From the NCBI GenBank assembly GCA_000165345.1, contig CM000430.1, positions 192,001 through 256,000 on the forward strand: 64,000 nucleotides of DNA. The letters are read 5' to 3'. Positions within the stretch are counted from its first letter, which is position 1; the number at the start of each line of letters is the position of its first letter. The position numbers and the translations under genes were made by a program. The notes beneath the pieces were generated by a model. It saw only the letters and a list, made by a program, of their open reading frames with translations. It was not told the DNA's origin and did not search any database. This document shows, piece after piece, positions 31,217-42,795 of the stretch.

Positions 31217-33163
31217 TCAATCTTTCTGTAATCTTCCCTTCATTCCATCAAATGTGTAAGTTTCCAATGCTGGTTCTGGTAACTTAATTGGATGAATTTG
31301 AAGATCAGTTTGCGTATACATAAACCAAGCCACAAAATCTTCGAGTATTCCATCAATGATAGACCTCCTTATCGACAATAATAAACCTTGATATTGCCAA
31401 TAGTTGTGCATGAATAACAATGAAAACCCTAAAATCTCACCGGAGTTGATTAAGTGGTGGATATATGCTCTCGAATGAGAGACTGGACTATTCTTTGTTA
31501 GTTTATCCGAGTCACAAGAATGTCTTCTATCATTCAGATTTAAATATTTGGCGCCACCGAAAAAACATACTCCTGCATCTACTTGCGCTCCCCCATTTTT
31601 CTCCAAAACTATTCCGCACTCATTACTTGAAAAATCAAACTCTAACAAAAATCTTTCAACATTCTTCTTCTCTTCGTCACTATAATTGATGATCTCTCTT
31701 TGCTTCAAAAACTCGTCAAGTTCAAATGATAGTGCGACTCCGCTTAGACTACATCTGTAAACATAAGGGCACTCAATAATGTCCATCCCAAGGTACACCG
31801 CTTGCAATATCTCTATAGGGCTACCCGTACTAAGTGAAATTAGCCTTAATTTATCATCAGGAACGTGATCCACAACAGCTTTAATGCACTCAGCCCTTAC
31901 TGACGACTTCTCTGAGTACCCCAGACCTCCTATGGCCACACCCAAAATCACTTCATCCAGTTCGCTGATCGCTTCGGGTCCACTTGAGCTATCAACCCTA
32001 AGATCAGCATTGCCTTTATCCCTTGAAAATCCAACATTTTTCAAGCCCTTGCCCATACCTCTACACAAATCCCACACACCCAGGGCAGCCGCTGCTCTGT
32101 AGTTCACAAACTGAGCTCCCTGTATATTTGCCAGCACCTTTGTCCTCGGTCTCTCAGACCTAATAGTGCGGAAAGCTCCTTCACCATCTTTTATAGAACC
32201 CTCCTCATCAACCTGGATTTTGCCTTTTTCTTCTATTTTCCTTTGAGTATATGCACTCTTTCTCTTTAGTTGCTCAATCAGAGCCAATAGCATCTCATCA
32301 GCTCTCTGAATCGACCTAAAAGATACATTTTTACCACATTGACCTGTTTGAGCCTCCTCTGCAGGAGAAATCAAAAATGCTGGTTGAAAGTATCTTACTG
32401 ACGCAACCAAATCGTCAATGCTGACCATTGCCCTTCCACTTTCAGTCTGAACCAGAATTCCATCCGAGCCATTCCAGCATGACACTCCAGGAATCATTGG
32501 CTGGCGGAACATCAGGTAATTGACATAGTCCTTGTTGGCTAGTTGAGGTGGGGGTTGTTCCAGCATGTCAAACTTACTTGCATTGTTCCCATATTTAATA
32601 CATGAACGATTTCCAGTTCGTTCATCATTTTTCTCTTTTATGGACTCCAACTCTCTCCTTTTGACTCTCTCCAAATCTAGTCCATGTCCTATTAGTAGAT
32701 AGTCCACTTCAGGCATCAAAGATGCTAACTCATAATTCTCTGATTGATCCGATTCAATCTTGGGCAAAATACAATGGGGCAGGCCTCCAAAAGTTGGAAC
32801 AGTGAATGACGGGGTCGCAATACTGGCTATCCCGAAATTCTCTAGGTTTACAAGACTCGATTTTGATCCAGTTTCTGTTATCTGAATACTCTCAATCAGA
32901 TCTGGGTTTTTAGAGGCCGTCTTAATTTCTGAGTGTCTTATCATATCACCATATTTTGAAAGAAAACATTCAGGAATCTCAAGGACTCCTAGTCTGTACC
33001 TTGCACCCCTATTATTATGCATTAAAATTCTAAAATTAACCATTGTATTAGATTTAACTAATTTAACAACTTTGAGGTGTTTTTCCTTATAACTTTTTAA
33101 ATCCCCAAAAGACATTTCGCGGGTTTTTAGAACACTGGATAGACACGGATCAATAATTTGCAA
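31217..33163 (-). CDS. QTRT2: Queuine tRNA-ribosyltransferase family protein, accessory-subunit type (QTRT2/QTRTD1-like), extended
   Basis: DKLRLISLSTGSPIEILQAVYLGMDIIECPYVYRCSLSGVALSFELDEF and HSRAYIHHLINSGEILGFSLLFMHNYWQYQ align with QTRT2 [33 protein letters not shown]...ALTFSFD and [29 protein letters not shown]. The ORF-track start is a TTG; the first ATG is about 16 codons in. My base numbering in this region has a 1-nt uncertainty. Confidence 0.75.
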   Translation of the reverse strand: MQIIDPCLSSVLKTREMSFGDLKSYKEKHLKVVKLVKSNTMVNFRILMHNNRGARYRLGVLEIPECFLSKYGDMIRHSEIKTASKNPDLIESIQITETGSKSSLVNLENFGIASIATPSFTVPTFGGLPHCILPKIESDQSENYELASLMPEVDYLLIGHGLDLERVKRRELESIKEKNDERTGNRSCIKYGNNASKFDMLEQPPPQLANKDYVNYLMFRQPMIPGVSCWNGSDGILVQTESGRAMVSIDDLVASVRYFQPAFLISPAEEAQTGQCGKNVSFRSIQRADEMLLALIEQLKRKSAYTQRKIEEKGKIQVDEEGSIKDGEGAFRTIRSERPRTKVLANIQGAQFVNYRAAAALGVWDLCRGMGKGLKNVGFSRDKGNADLRVDSSSGPEAISELDEVILGVAIGGLGYSEKSSVRAECIKAVVDHVPDDKLRLISLSTGSPIEILQAVYLGMDIIECPYVYRCSLSGVALSFELDEFLKQREIINYSDEEKKNVERFLLEFDFSSNECGIVLEKNGGAQVDAGVCFFGGAKYLNLNDRRHSCDSDKLTKNSPVSHSRAYIHHLINSGEILGFSLLFMHNYWQYQGLLLSIRRSIIDGILEDFVAWFMYTQTDLQIHPIKLPEPALETYTFDGMKGRLQKD

Positions 33164-33295
33164 ATCATAATAAGCACTCTGACAAAAAATTCACTTTGCC
33201 AAGTAATAATAGTATTCATTATGGCTATATTGGAAGTATTATCAGTATCGCAGCAGCGATAGGATCAGTAGAATTTGCCATGTTTGTGGTCCCGG

Positions 33296-33430
33296 TGTAG
33301 TAATGATGTTAGTGATGGAAGTGGTAGTAATAGTAGTAATATTAATAGTAGTAGTAGTAGTGGTAGTAGTGGTAGTAGTGGTGGTAGTAGTAATATTAGT
33401 AGTAGTAATATTAGTAGTAACAATATTGTC
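33296..33430. repeat. Imperfect trinucleotide microsatellite (AGT/GGT/AAT)n, about 135 nt, intergenic
   Basis: agtagtaatagtagtaatattaatagtagtagtagtagtggtagtagtggtagtagtggtggtagtag... ; both overlapping track ORFs (poly-Ser on plus, poly-Leu on minus) are translation artefacts of the repeat. Confidence 0.8.
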
Positions 33431-33622
33431 AAAACAATAAATTTCTCCTCCTTAGTCTCCGGTATGCATGCAAGACCCAAGTCTAGATATGGTTATGGGA
33501 GGATCCAAATATTCTGTTCCAGAGGCACTGAACTCCAGACCTCATATAACAGGGTCCACAATAACTTTGTCAAACATAATTACACTTCTTTGTTCAAATA
33601 TTAACAAGAGGGCTTCCATCTT

Positions 33623-35542
33623 CTAAACTCTGTGAGAGTTTGAATTGTCATAGATAAGTATATTTTTGAGGAGCATTTGCAAATTTGCAGATTTTTCGGG
33701 AAGATGATTCTGGCTCTCGGCAATCAAATGGCTATTCTCTAACGAGTCTATGGATGGTTGTGGGGCTGATTGAATTCTAAAGAAATCGGAAAATGATAGG
33801 GATGAATTGTTGGTATGGTCAATGTGAGAGCCCTTATTGGAGGTAGAATTTGCATTAGGAACGGCGGTAGTAGTATTAGTAGTAGTAGTAGTAATAGTAT
33901 TAGTGGCGGCGATAGGGTTAATTGGAAAATCTGTGATTCCATTATATGGAGAGTTGATACTGCCATCATTGGGTGGAAGTAAAATAGAGCTTTCATACTT
34001 CTGATTCATCCTAACATGACCAGGCTCAGGTCTATAGCGAGCCTGCTTTATTCCAGACACGTAACTGCAGTGGAGTTGAGTAGTGTTTGGGAAGGAGTTA
34101 ATTGTATTTGAAGCTGGTGAGGGAATAATCGGAGGGTTAACACAGCTGCCATTATTACGAGGAATATTACAGCCGTTCATGAAGGGCATATGATTGATCT
34201 GTAGAGAACTACTCTGTTGAGCAGCACTCTTAGACTTGGCTTCAAACTGCTCCTGATGAAAGTTTCGGTTTCTAGTAGATCCCTCGACAATAGGTCTCAG
34301 GGTAAGCGGAAGAAGTGCATCCTCACCTGCCTTAAGCTGGATTTTAAGAGGTTTTCCAAAGAACTTAATCCCCGCGATAGATCGGATTGCTGCCCATGTA
34401 GAGGGTTTGTTGTCATAGCTAATAAAGCCAAAGCAACGGTTTAGTTTCCCATTATTGTTAGCCGTCGGTAGTCTAATTCCAACAATATGGCCAAATCTCT
34501 GGCACAGCTGCATTAGAGTAACCTCAGTCCAGTCATTGGGTATGCCGTATATGAAAAGGTTGGCGCCTCCTGGACCATCTCTTAGCAGCGTAATAGAGGT
34601 CGGAAGGAAGTGTTTATCATCCTTTGCTTGGCTAACAGATAATGTCGGTTGCATATTGCCGGTGAAAGAATCCCAATATTCACATAAACCATTTTCTCGA
34701 TAGTATTGCATCCATCTTGCCGGAGGTTGATGCATCTTGTGATCTCTTCTGAAGCAGTTCCATGTGCCAAAGAATCCCTTGTTCTTTTCAATTCGGTTAT
34801 AAGATGGTAACCAAATCTCAGTGTCCTGAGGTTGGTACATTATAAGCCTTCGATTGGTTTCCTGGAACTCTGTGATAATTTGTTCTGCCTCTTGTGGATC
34901 ATAGGCAGAGTCAAAACTTGAAGAGAGTACGGATGGTGGAGGAATTGGGGATATGCAAGCCACAAGGCGGTGGAATGGCGCATTTTTGAAGTGCCTTCTT
35001 AGATGAAGGTGTTGGATGACTTTCTGGGCACAACTCCATGTCTTGAATGTTGCATATGCAGTTCTCCATTCCTTGTAACTTGGTTGGTAGTTAAGAGCAA
35101 TCATACGGTGGCAGTTGTCCTCTTCGCTTCGTGTATCAAAAGAAGATAAGATAACTGATTTTAAGTACTCATATGGAACATTCGGAGGAATGTTCCCAAT
35201 AAATACTATCGGATAGAGTAGACCACATGGTACAACTGCTATCGGGTTATCATCAAATATAAAATTGTTTACATATCGGGATTTTAAGTCCTTTGAACTG
35301 TTGTTTATAGGCTCTTCGTTCATATTACCCATAAATGATCCAAATTCATTGAGAGCTAATCCTCCTCCCTTGATAGGGTCCTCCCATCCAATTTCATCAG
35401 CCTTTAAACATGATTCCTGGACTGGCCATCCAATATCTGAGGCAGTTGATTCACTCAAAGTTTGGTATTGTGAAACTAACTCCTCCTCGAAAGATGGCGA
35501 GAAATAGCTCGACAGTCCTTTATTGCCATGGCTCTTATACAT
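33623..35542 (-). CDS. RRM-containing RNA-binding protein with a Thr/Asn-rich C-terminal region
   Basis: Canonical RRM: RNP2 LFIYGI and RNP1 RCFGFISY (NLFIYGIPNDWTEVTLMQLCQRFGHIVGIRL...KLNRCFGFISYDN); an N-terminal IVFIGNIP segment may be a second degenerate RRM; in-CDS (GTAGTA)n encodes TTTTTNTTT. Confidence 0.75.
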   Translation of the reverse strand: MYKSHGNKGLSSYFSPSFEEELVSQYQTLSESTASDIGWPVQESCLKADEIGWEDPIKGGGLALNEFGSFMGNMNEEPINNSSKDLKSRYVNNFIFDDNPIAVVPCGLLYPIVFIGNIPPNVPYEYLKSVILSSFDTRSEEDNCHRMIALNYQPSYKEWRTAYATFKTWSCAQKVIQHLHLRRHFKNAPFHRLVACISPIPPPSVLSSSFDSAYDPQEAEQIITEFQETNRRLIMYQPQDTEIWLPSYNRIEKNKGFFGTWNCFRRDHKMHQPPARWMQYYRENGLCEYWDSFTGNMQPTLSVSQAKDDKHFLPTSITLLRDGPGGANLFIYGIPNDWTEVTLMQLCQRFGHIVGIRLPTANNNGKLNRCFGFISYDNKPSTWAAIRSIAGIKFFGKPLKIQLKAGEDALLPLTLRPIVEGSTRNRNFHQEQFEAKSKSAAQQSSSLQINHMPFMNGCNIPRNNGSCVNPPIIPSPASNTINSFPNTTQLHCSYVSGIKQARYRPEPGHVRMNQKYESSILLPPNDGSINSPYNGITDFPINPIAATNTITTTTTNTTTAVPNANSTSNKGSHIDHTNNSSLSFSDFFRIQSAPQPSIDSLENSHLIAESQNHLPEKSANLQMLLKNILIYDNSNSHRV

Positions 35543-36562
35543 TGTTCTGCATTAATATCGTGCTCCCTTTGTTATTCCAAGCTTCTAGCATGCAAGAGTT
35601 TTATTTGTACACAAATTATTATTTCTGATTTTAAAGAAGACAGCATTTTTTGGCGGCAAGTGTCTCTAGTGGGGTTAATTGCCAAACTTGGCCAAATTTG
35701 GCAATGAATAAAAATATCCTTCCCTCCCCACTTATTTTATTTTTCCGTAATTTTTTTGCTTCATGAATGCATTTAATTTCTCCCAAGTCCGTTGCATATA
35801 GTTTCTCCTACTATCGCCTTTGCTAATGACAGGGTTCTACTTTTTTGCATTTTTTCTTCTATTGACAGATCTAATACAAATCACTGGGATGGAACGATCC
35901 GTAATCAGATCTTTAAGGGGGGAAAATTGGAGAACTAATTCGTCTAATAACGGTTGCTAATACCTAGAATAGAGCTAGAGAGGTCTTATTAGCCTCCAAC
36001 CCAACGGAGTTCTTGGCAGACCTCCTTGTTCTCTCTACGCTAGTCTTTGCTACAAACTATTATTACACTACTCCTTTCTCTGCTCTGTTCTAATGCTAAT
36101 ACCTCTCCAAGATTAACCCTAAAGAGAAAAATAAAGTCGAAAAACTTGGCAGAATTGCGTTTCACCAAACGAACGCAATGAAGACCTAGATAAAAAATGG
36201 GCGCCTATAGATCTATAATTGTGACAAAACATTCCTAATAAACATAATAAAGAAGTCTAGTGACAATACTTACAGATTTGATAAATTGGTCAATTAATGC
36301 GCCTTTCCGTCTGTCTTTAAACTTACTATTACGAATAAGTAATTATCGTTATTAGAGACGAATAATACATATAGTAAAAGAGGCGCGCATTTAGACTTAG
36401 CGAACGGTATTTAGGAAATGTTAAATTAACGGAAAAAACCAAAAAGGCGCGACTAAATGACCAAAACAATTCAAAGCTGAACTTTTACTAGAGTATCGGT
36501 TAGCTATTTCCGATTATTAAAGAACTATAGTCTTGGCCTTCTTTAAAGTAATAAAGCACTAA

Positions 36563-38326
<1,764 letters not shown>

Positions 38327-38697
38327 TATAACCCAAAAGCAACAATCGATGGACAAGGCAAGTCGAAGCCATGGTCCAAAGTGGTAAGCAGACAACCACA
38401 AAGAAATTGGGGGGTCTAAACCAGCTTAATAGAGACAAGGTTCTTGGTTCATGAAAACTATTTATCGGAGGGAACAGAGGAACTGATCATTTGTGCTAAC
38501 AGCTCAGCTATCTTTGTTTTTTCGGCTATTGAGAATGTTCTTCTCAGCCGGTGCTGAAAACATCACGGCTGCAATAGCAATATAATCAGCGTTGCAGTCT
38601 TCAGGTAAAATGAAGACAAGTGATTTTTACGCAGGCCTTACCTTGACGCATTCGAGGTGGAGCGAAGACATATCCGCACGTACCCAGCTACTAAAAG

Positions 38698-38726
38698 TTT
38701 GGCGCCTTGCGGTAATGGCGGTAGCG
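38698..38726. promoter_or_regulatory. Paired E2F-like motifs TTTGGCGCC ... GGCGG inside the GC-rich helicase-Rpn9 spacer
   Basis: aaagtttggcgccttgcggtaatggcggtagcg read directly from the sequence. Confidence 0.35.
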
Positions 38727-39450
38727 TTGTAACATTGAGAAAATGAAATAAGACAGCATGCAGGAGTGGATCTAACTAGTTCAACATGTTTAGAGGAATA
38801 AGGATGTTGCGCGTATTCTTTCGGTTATATTATCTGTGCGAAAATAACTGAGTGCGCTGTTTTATTGTGGGCAATTACAAGAGTTCATATTGGTCTTTTG
38901 TGGTGCGAATGAGGCTGTCATTCTTTTTGCTTATACGTTTATTCGTCTTTAGTTGTTAGGGACTAGTTGCTGAGTACCAGAATCCAAACTTTAGCATTTA
39001 TTTCTTTGAAGGACTCCCTCAGTATTACGAGTCTTTCCGCCTGTTGCGAAAAAAAAAATCAAACTCAGGCTTCAGTTCCCAGAAGAATTGCGTTTCCGAC
39101 GAGTATATATGGTTTTGTAGATAATTTGAGTATTAGATATTGGCTTTGTTGTGTTAATTTATTATTTAAGATATTTGTTTTTGTTCGGAATTTTTTCACT
39201 TGGACACATGTTGTGGCTCCTTGAGGGATGTGAATTATATACCGGCATTGGGCGCCAACAGCCTTTTGCATTGAGTGGGAGGGGGGAGAGGGGAAGACTA
39301 AGCTTAACAGACTTTCTTCTTTGGAAGGATCCACCATTGACAAAGAGTGTAAACAAATCATAGATATTCTCAAATAGAGTTTCTTGAGAGAATCTAGTTA
39401 AACAAAAGATTGAGGGAACGTAGAACGGAAAGGCTTGGGAAACAAAAGCA

Positions 39451-40743
39451 ATGATGGAATCTAGGACTCCATTGGAACAGCTAGAAATAGAGCTCAATAA
39501 GAGAGTTGAGCACAAGGAGCAGATTGAACAGTTAAAGTCTTATTTGAAGGAAAAGTTATATTTTCAGTTTTTGGAATCCTCTTTGGAATATATTTCTACT
39601 GATGGTCTCAAGGTTTGCGGAAACGAACTATGCGAATTCTTGGTAAATGCAGTTGAACCACTTAAAAGTAACTTTGATCCTTTGAGGTATGCAGTGTTTG
39701 TTGGGGAGGTTTTATCGAGGAGCCCCATCAGTATCCAAGAAAAGGTGGAGCTTCTCAAAAAAACAATGGGAGATGAGGATTTATATCAAGTAAAAGAAAA
39801 TTACAAGAATGCGAGCTTGACTCAAGAACAAAATATTGCACCAAAACAAGAAATCAAGGGTGATCTATACTTTAGATGCTTGCTAGCATTGGAGTATTCC
39901 AAGTCCAAGGATCTAAGTGTCGATTGTGAGGAAATGCTCGAGTTTTTAACCAAAAAGTTGGAGTTTTATAGGGGACTTGAGGCTGAAATATTAGCTTTAT
40001 ATCATCGTTCATATGCCTCTTATGAGAAAACAATGGGGAGAGTGAGCAGGTTTTACAGACAAACTATACACTACTTATCTTATACTCCTCTCAACAAAAT
40101 ACCTTATAAAGAAAAACCATCTTTGGTTTACGAGCTAATTATGGCTGCAGTCATTTCTGAAGAAATATATAATATGGGTGAGCTTGTTCTTCATCCAATT
40201 GTTCAGGAATTTAGTTCCATAGTTAAAGGAAATAACTCTAATCAGATGATAGATGAACTGACAAAAAAAGAGTTTGCAGAAAACGCATGGATACTTGAAA
40301 TATTAGTTTCATTGCATGAAGGTGATCTTAACTCTTTTATGAATGCTATTACAAAGTATCAAGATAAGGTTAGTAAAACCCCACTTTCCACTCCAGATGC
40401 CAGGGTATGCATTACCAAAAAGACTGCAACTCTAGCACTTATGGACTTAGCCTTTAGGAAGAATAAGAACGAGAGAGTTCTCACTTTTGACGAAATTGCA
40501 AAGCATTGTAGGATTGGAGCAAATGAAATTGAGCTATTAGTCATGAAGGCAATTAATATGAACTTGATAAAAGGTATTATTGACCAGGCTTCTCAGACTG
40601 TAGAAATTAGTTGGGTACACTCTAGAGTATTAGACAAAACAAGAATGAAATTATTAATGGACAAGATTGATAATTGGATCGGTTCCACCACGGATATTGT
40701 TTCCCAACTTGAGAATATTGCTCCTGAGCTTGTGAATTCCTAA
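39451..40743 (+). CDS. RPN9: 26S proteasome regulatory (lid) subunit Rpn9 / PSMD13, PCI domain
   Basis: C-terminal FDEIAKHCRIGANEIELLVMKAINMNLIKGIIDQASQTVEISWVHSRVLD matches PSMD13 [50 protein letters not shown]. Confidence 0.85.
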   Translation: MMESRTPLEQLEIELNKRVEHKEQIEQLKSYLKEKLYFQFLESSLEYISTDGLKVCGNELCEFLVNAVEPLKSNFDPLRYAVFVGEVLSRSPISIQEKVELLKKTMGDEDLYQVKENYKNASLTQEQNIAPKQEIKGDLYFRCLLALEYSKSKDLSVDCEEMLEFLTKKLEFYRGLEAEILALYHRSYASYEKTMGRVSRFYRQTIHYLSYTPLNKIPYKEKPSLVYELIMAAVISEEIYNMGELVLHPIVQEFSSIVKGNNSNQMIDELTKKEFAENAWILEILVSLHEGDLNSFMNAITKYQDKVSKTPLSTPDARVCITKKTATLALMDLAFRKNKNERVLTFDEIAKHCRIGANEIELLVMKAINMNLIKGIIDQASQTVEISWVHSRVLDKTRMKLLMDKIDNWIGSTTDIVSQLENIAPELVNS

Positions 40744-41047
40744 TATATGTTTGAATATATACAAGTATAAAGTATTAAACACAATGAAATAGGATCTAAT
40801 TTAGAAATAAAAGAAAATAACTTTAACATTTTAATTCGTATTTTGCTACTTTTTCTAATTGAATCTATTCTATATTTTTGACAGAATAAGTAATTAGGCT
40901 TAGTTTTCTGTGTTTAATAATAAAATTTGCTCTAAGAATAAAATGTGAAAACAGATTCAATGGCAAAATTTAAGACATGAGGAAGTAGTGAACTAGTTGA
41001 ATGTTTTTCTTGATGAAGTGAGAAAAACTCGATGGGTATTTAAAAAA

Positions 41048-41992
41048 TTAAAGAAAGTTTTTGACGGTTTCGTAAGTACCCCAACATAAAGCATATGATG
41101 GAGCAATTAAAAGTGACCTGGCTAAAGCTCCGGAATACATTCCTCTGATACCTTGTTTTCTTAAAGTATCAATAAAAGCTTTTTTAACGCTAGGATAAAC
41201 AACTCTTAACGTTTCTTTTTGGGAAACATGACATGCTTGCGTTTGAAGCTTAGTTTTAATAAGATCGAGAGGGTTAGTAATAAATGCTGCAGTTCCACCA
41301 CTAATTCCAGCAATAACAAAATTGAATGTGTTTTGTTTAAGCAAATCATCCTTATTTTTTCCAAAAAGGGATTTGAGATTCTCATTTAATAATACAAATA
41401 AACCAGTTTGGGGGATATTCATAAACAAAGTTATAGGTAGGGACCTATAAAATGACCGAATTCCCTCCCTTTTGAACATTGTTATAATACAATCAGCCAT
41501 TCCTTTATAAGAACCAACTTGTAATCTTTGCTTAATAACATCAAGAGGGGTGGCAATAATATCATGAGAAATGGTTGATAATCCACCACATATAGCAGGG
41601 GAAACCACTGAATTGAATATACTCGTATTGGCGTCATGTAAAAGACTAGATTTACTTTCAGCTCGTTTTTCTAGTTTCTTAGTAATTTTTGACATCAACC
41701 TCTTAGAAAACTCGTAAGTAGTAAACATAGATGCGTGAGCTGGGACATTGCCAAATACTACAGCAGGAAATCCTCTAAAAAGAGCTCTTGCTCCATTGCT
41801 TCTAATAAATGCAATCATACCTCGATTTCCTGTTAAACCATCAACCTTTCCAGATTGTAGGCATGTCTTAATTGTATCTAGGGGAAAAAAGCAGGAATGC
41901 TCCATAACCCCTGCAATACTACCCGCTAGGGAGTGTTTCCAAAAAGGAATATCTCCTTTCCAGATTTCCCAGTCCTCAATATCTTTCTCCAT
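41048..41992 (-). CDS. Mitochondrial carrier family protein, mitoferrin (MRS3/4)-like
   Basis: Three carrier repeats with PLDTIKTCLQ / PLDVIKQRLQ / PLDLIKTKLQ signatures; the first helix SIAGVMEHSCFFPLDTIKT resembles the mitoferrin AGxxEHSxxxPxDxxKT motif. Confidence 0.85.
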   Translation of the reverse strand: MEKDIEDWEIWKGDIPFWKHSLAGSIAGVMEHSCFFPLDTIKTCLQSGKVDGLTGNRGMIAFIRSNGARALFRGFPAVVFGNVPAHASMFTTYEFSKRLMSKITKKLEKRAESKSSLLHDANTSIFNSVVSPAICGGLSTISHDIIATPLDVIKQRLQVGSYKGMADCIITMFKREGIRSFYRSLPITLFMNIPQTGLFVLLNENLKSLFGKNKDDLLKQNTFNFVIAGISGGTAAFITNPLDLIKTKLQTQACHVSQKETLRVVYPSVKKAFIDTLRKQGIRGMYSGALARSLLIAPSYALCWGTYETVKNFL

Positions 41993-42027
41993 AACTTTAG
42001 TATCTTTTTTCCTTTAAAATTCAATGT

Positions 42028-42039
42028 TAGGCGCCAATT
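42028..42039. promoter_or_regulatory. E2F-like motif TTAGGCGCCAAT in the 72-nt spacer between the cytochrome b5 gene stop and the mitochondrial-carrier ATG
   Basis: gttaggcgccaatttt sits ~40 nt upstream of the carrier start codon (minus strand). Confidence 0.4.
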
Positions 42040-42064
42040 TTAAAAGAAAATTAAGAAAAAATAA

Positions 42065-42795
42065 TTAGTCGATTAAATTTCCCACATAACTAAATTGTAA
42101 AATTCTTTCACAATTAACCCAGTGATGAAAATGACTGCATGCTTTAGAAACATCTTGGCCTGCAAACTGAAGTAAGATTTCTTTACCTAAAGAGAAGAAT
42201 TTGTTTTCACTTGTTCACGTTAAATTTGGTCAAACTTACCTCCAGGGTGGAACTCTAGATATTTTGTAATGTCGTAAACTTTTCCTTGATAAGATATCCA
42301 GCAATCTTTCTCACTGTTGTGAGTTTTTAGTTCTTCTTTAGTAATTGGTCTGCATTGTTTTGGAGCAGAACCTTCCTGATCCTTCATTAACCCCATATAC
42401 CTAGCTTGATTAATCGATGACCTTTTGCCTTCTTTAAGTCCTTTAATTTTAGTCGCACTCTCAGTTATCATTGCCTTATTTGGGTTGCCTTGTTTTACTA
42501 CTCGAATGATATTAAAAGCACAATCTTCGACCAGTTCGTCTAATGTTGTGGCTCTCCAACAAACTTTATCGCCTTCTTCCAAGTATGATACCTCTATTTC
42601 TAATAAGTCATCTCCGCAAAATTTCCCATGAATACGAATAGATTTGTCCAAATAATTTACCAGGTTTTGCTTTGTCTGACCTCCTGGCCAAGTAAGGTTT
42701 AAGTCTTCACTATCTGCAAACTTACAGACTAATAAGCCTGATCTCTTCAAACCCATTCCAGCCATTTGGCTGGGACATACTTGACCCAAAAGCAT
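42065..42795 (-). CDS. Cytochrome b5 heme-binding domain protein with an unassigned ~140 aa N-terminal domain. Two exons (42795..42240, 42186..42065) with a 53-nt phase-1 intron
   Basis: Exon 1 ends ...KDCWISYQGKVYDITKYLEFHPG G|GTAAGT; the acceptor is tctctttag; exon 2 restores GKEILLQFAGQDVSKACSHFHHW, which is the canonical continuation of the cyt b5 HPGG...aG.D motif. Confidence 0.7.
42187..42239 (-). other. Spliceosomal intron (53 nt, phase 1) splitting the HPGG heme-binding motif codon
   Basis: GTAAGTTTGACC...TTCTTCTCTTTAG; without splicing the ORF would terminate 6 codons after HPGG. Confidence 0.7.

Noticed and set aside
33265-33604. ORFs 33265..33480 (-) and 33275..33604 (+) encoding poly-Leu / poly-Ser
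   Set aside because: They are six-frame translations of the (AGT/GGT)n microsatellite and its flanks, not genes
38640-38700. Partial resemblance of cagctactaaaagtttgg to the U5 snRNA loop I (CUUUUACUAAAG), and of cuucucagcc to the 5' end of U2 snRNA
   Set aside because: Neither match extends to the other invariant elements (Sm site, U2 GUAGUA branch-interaction region, U5 stem). It is kept only as part of the generic ncRNA-candidate finding
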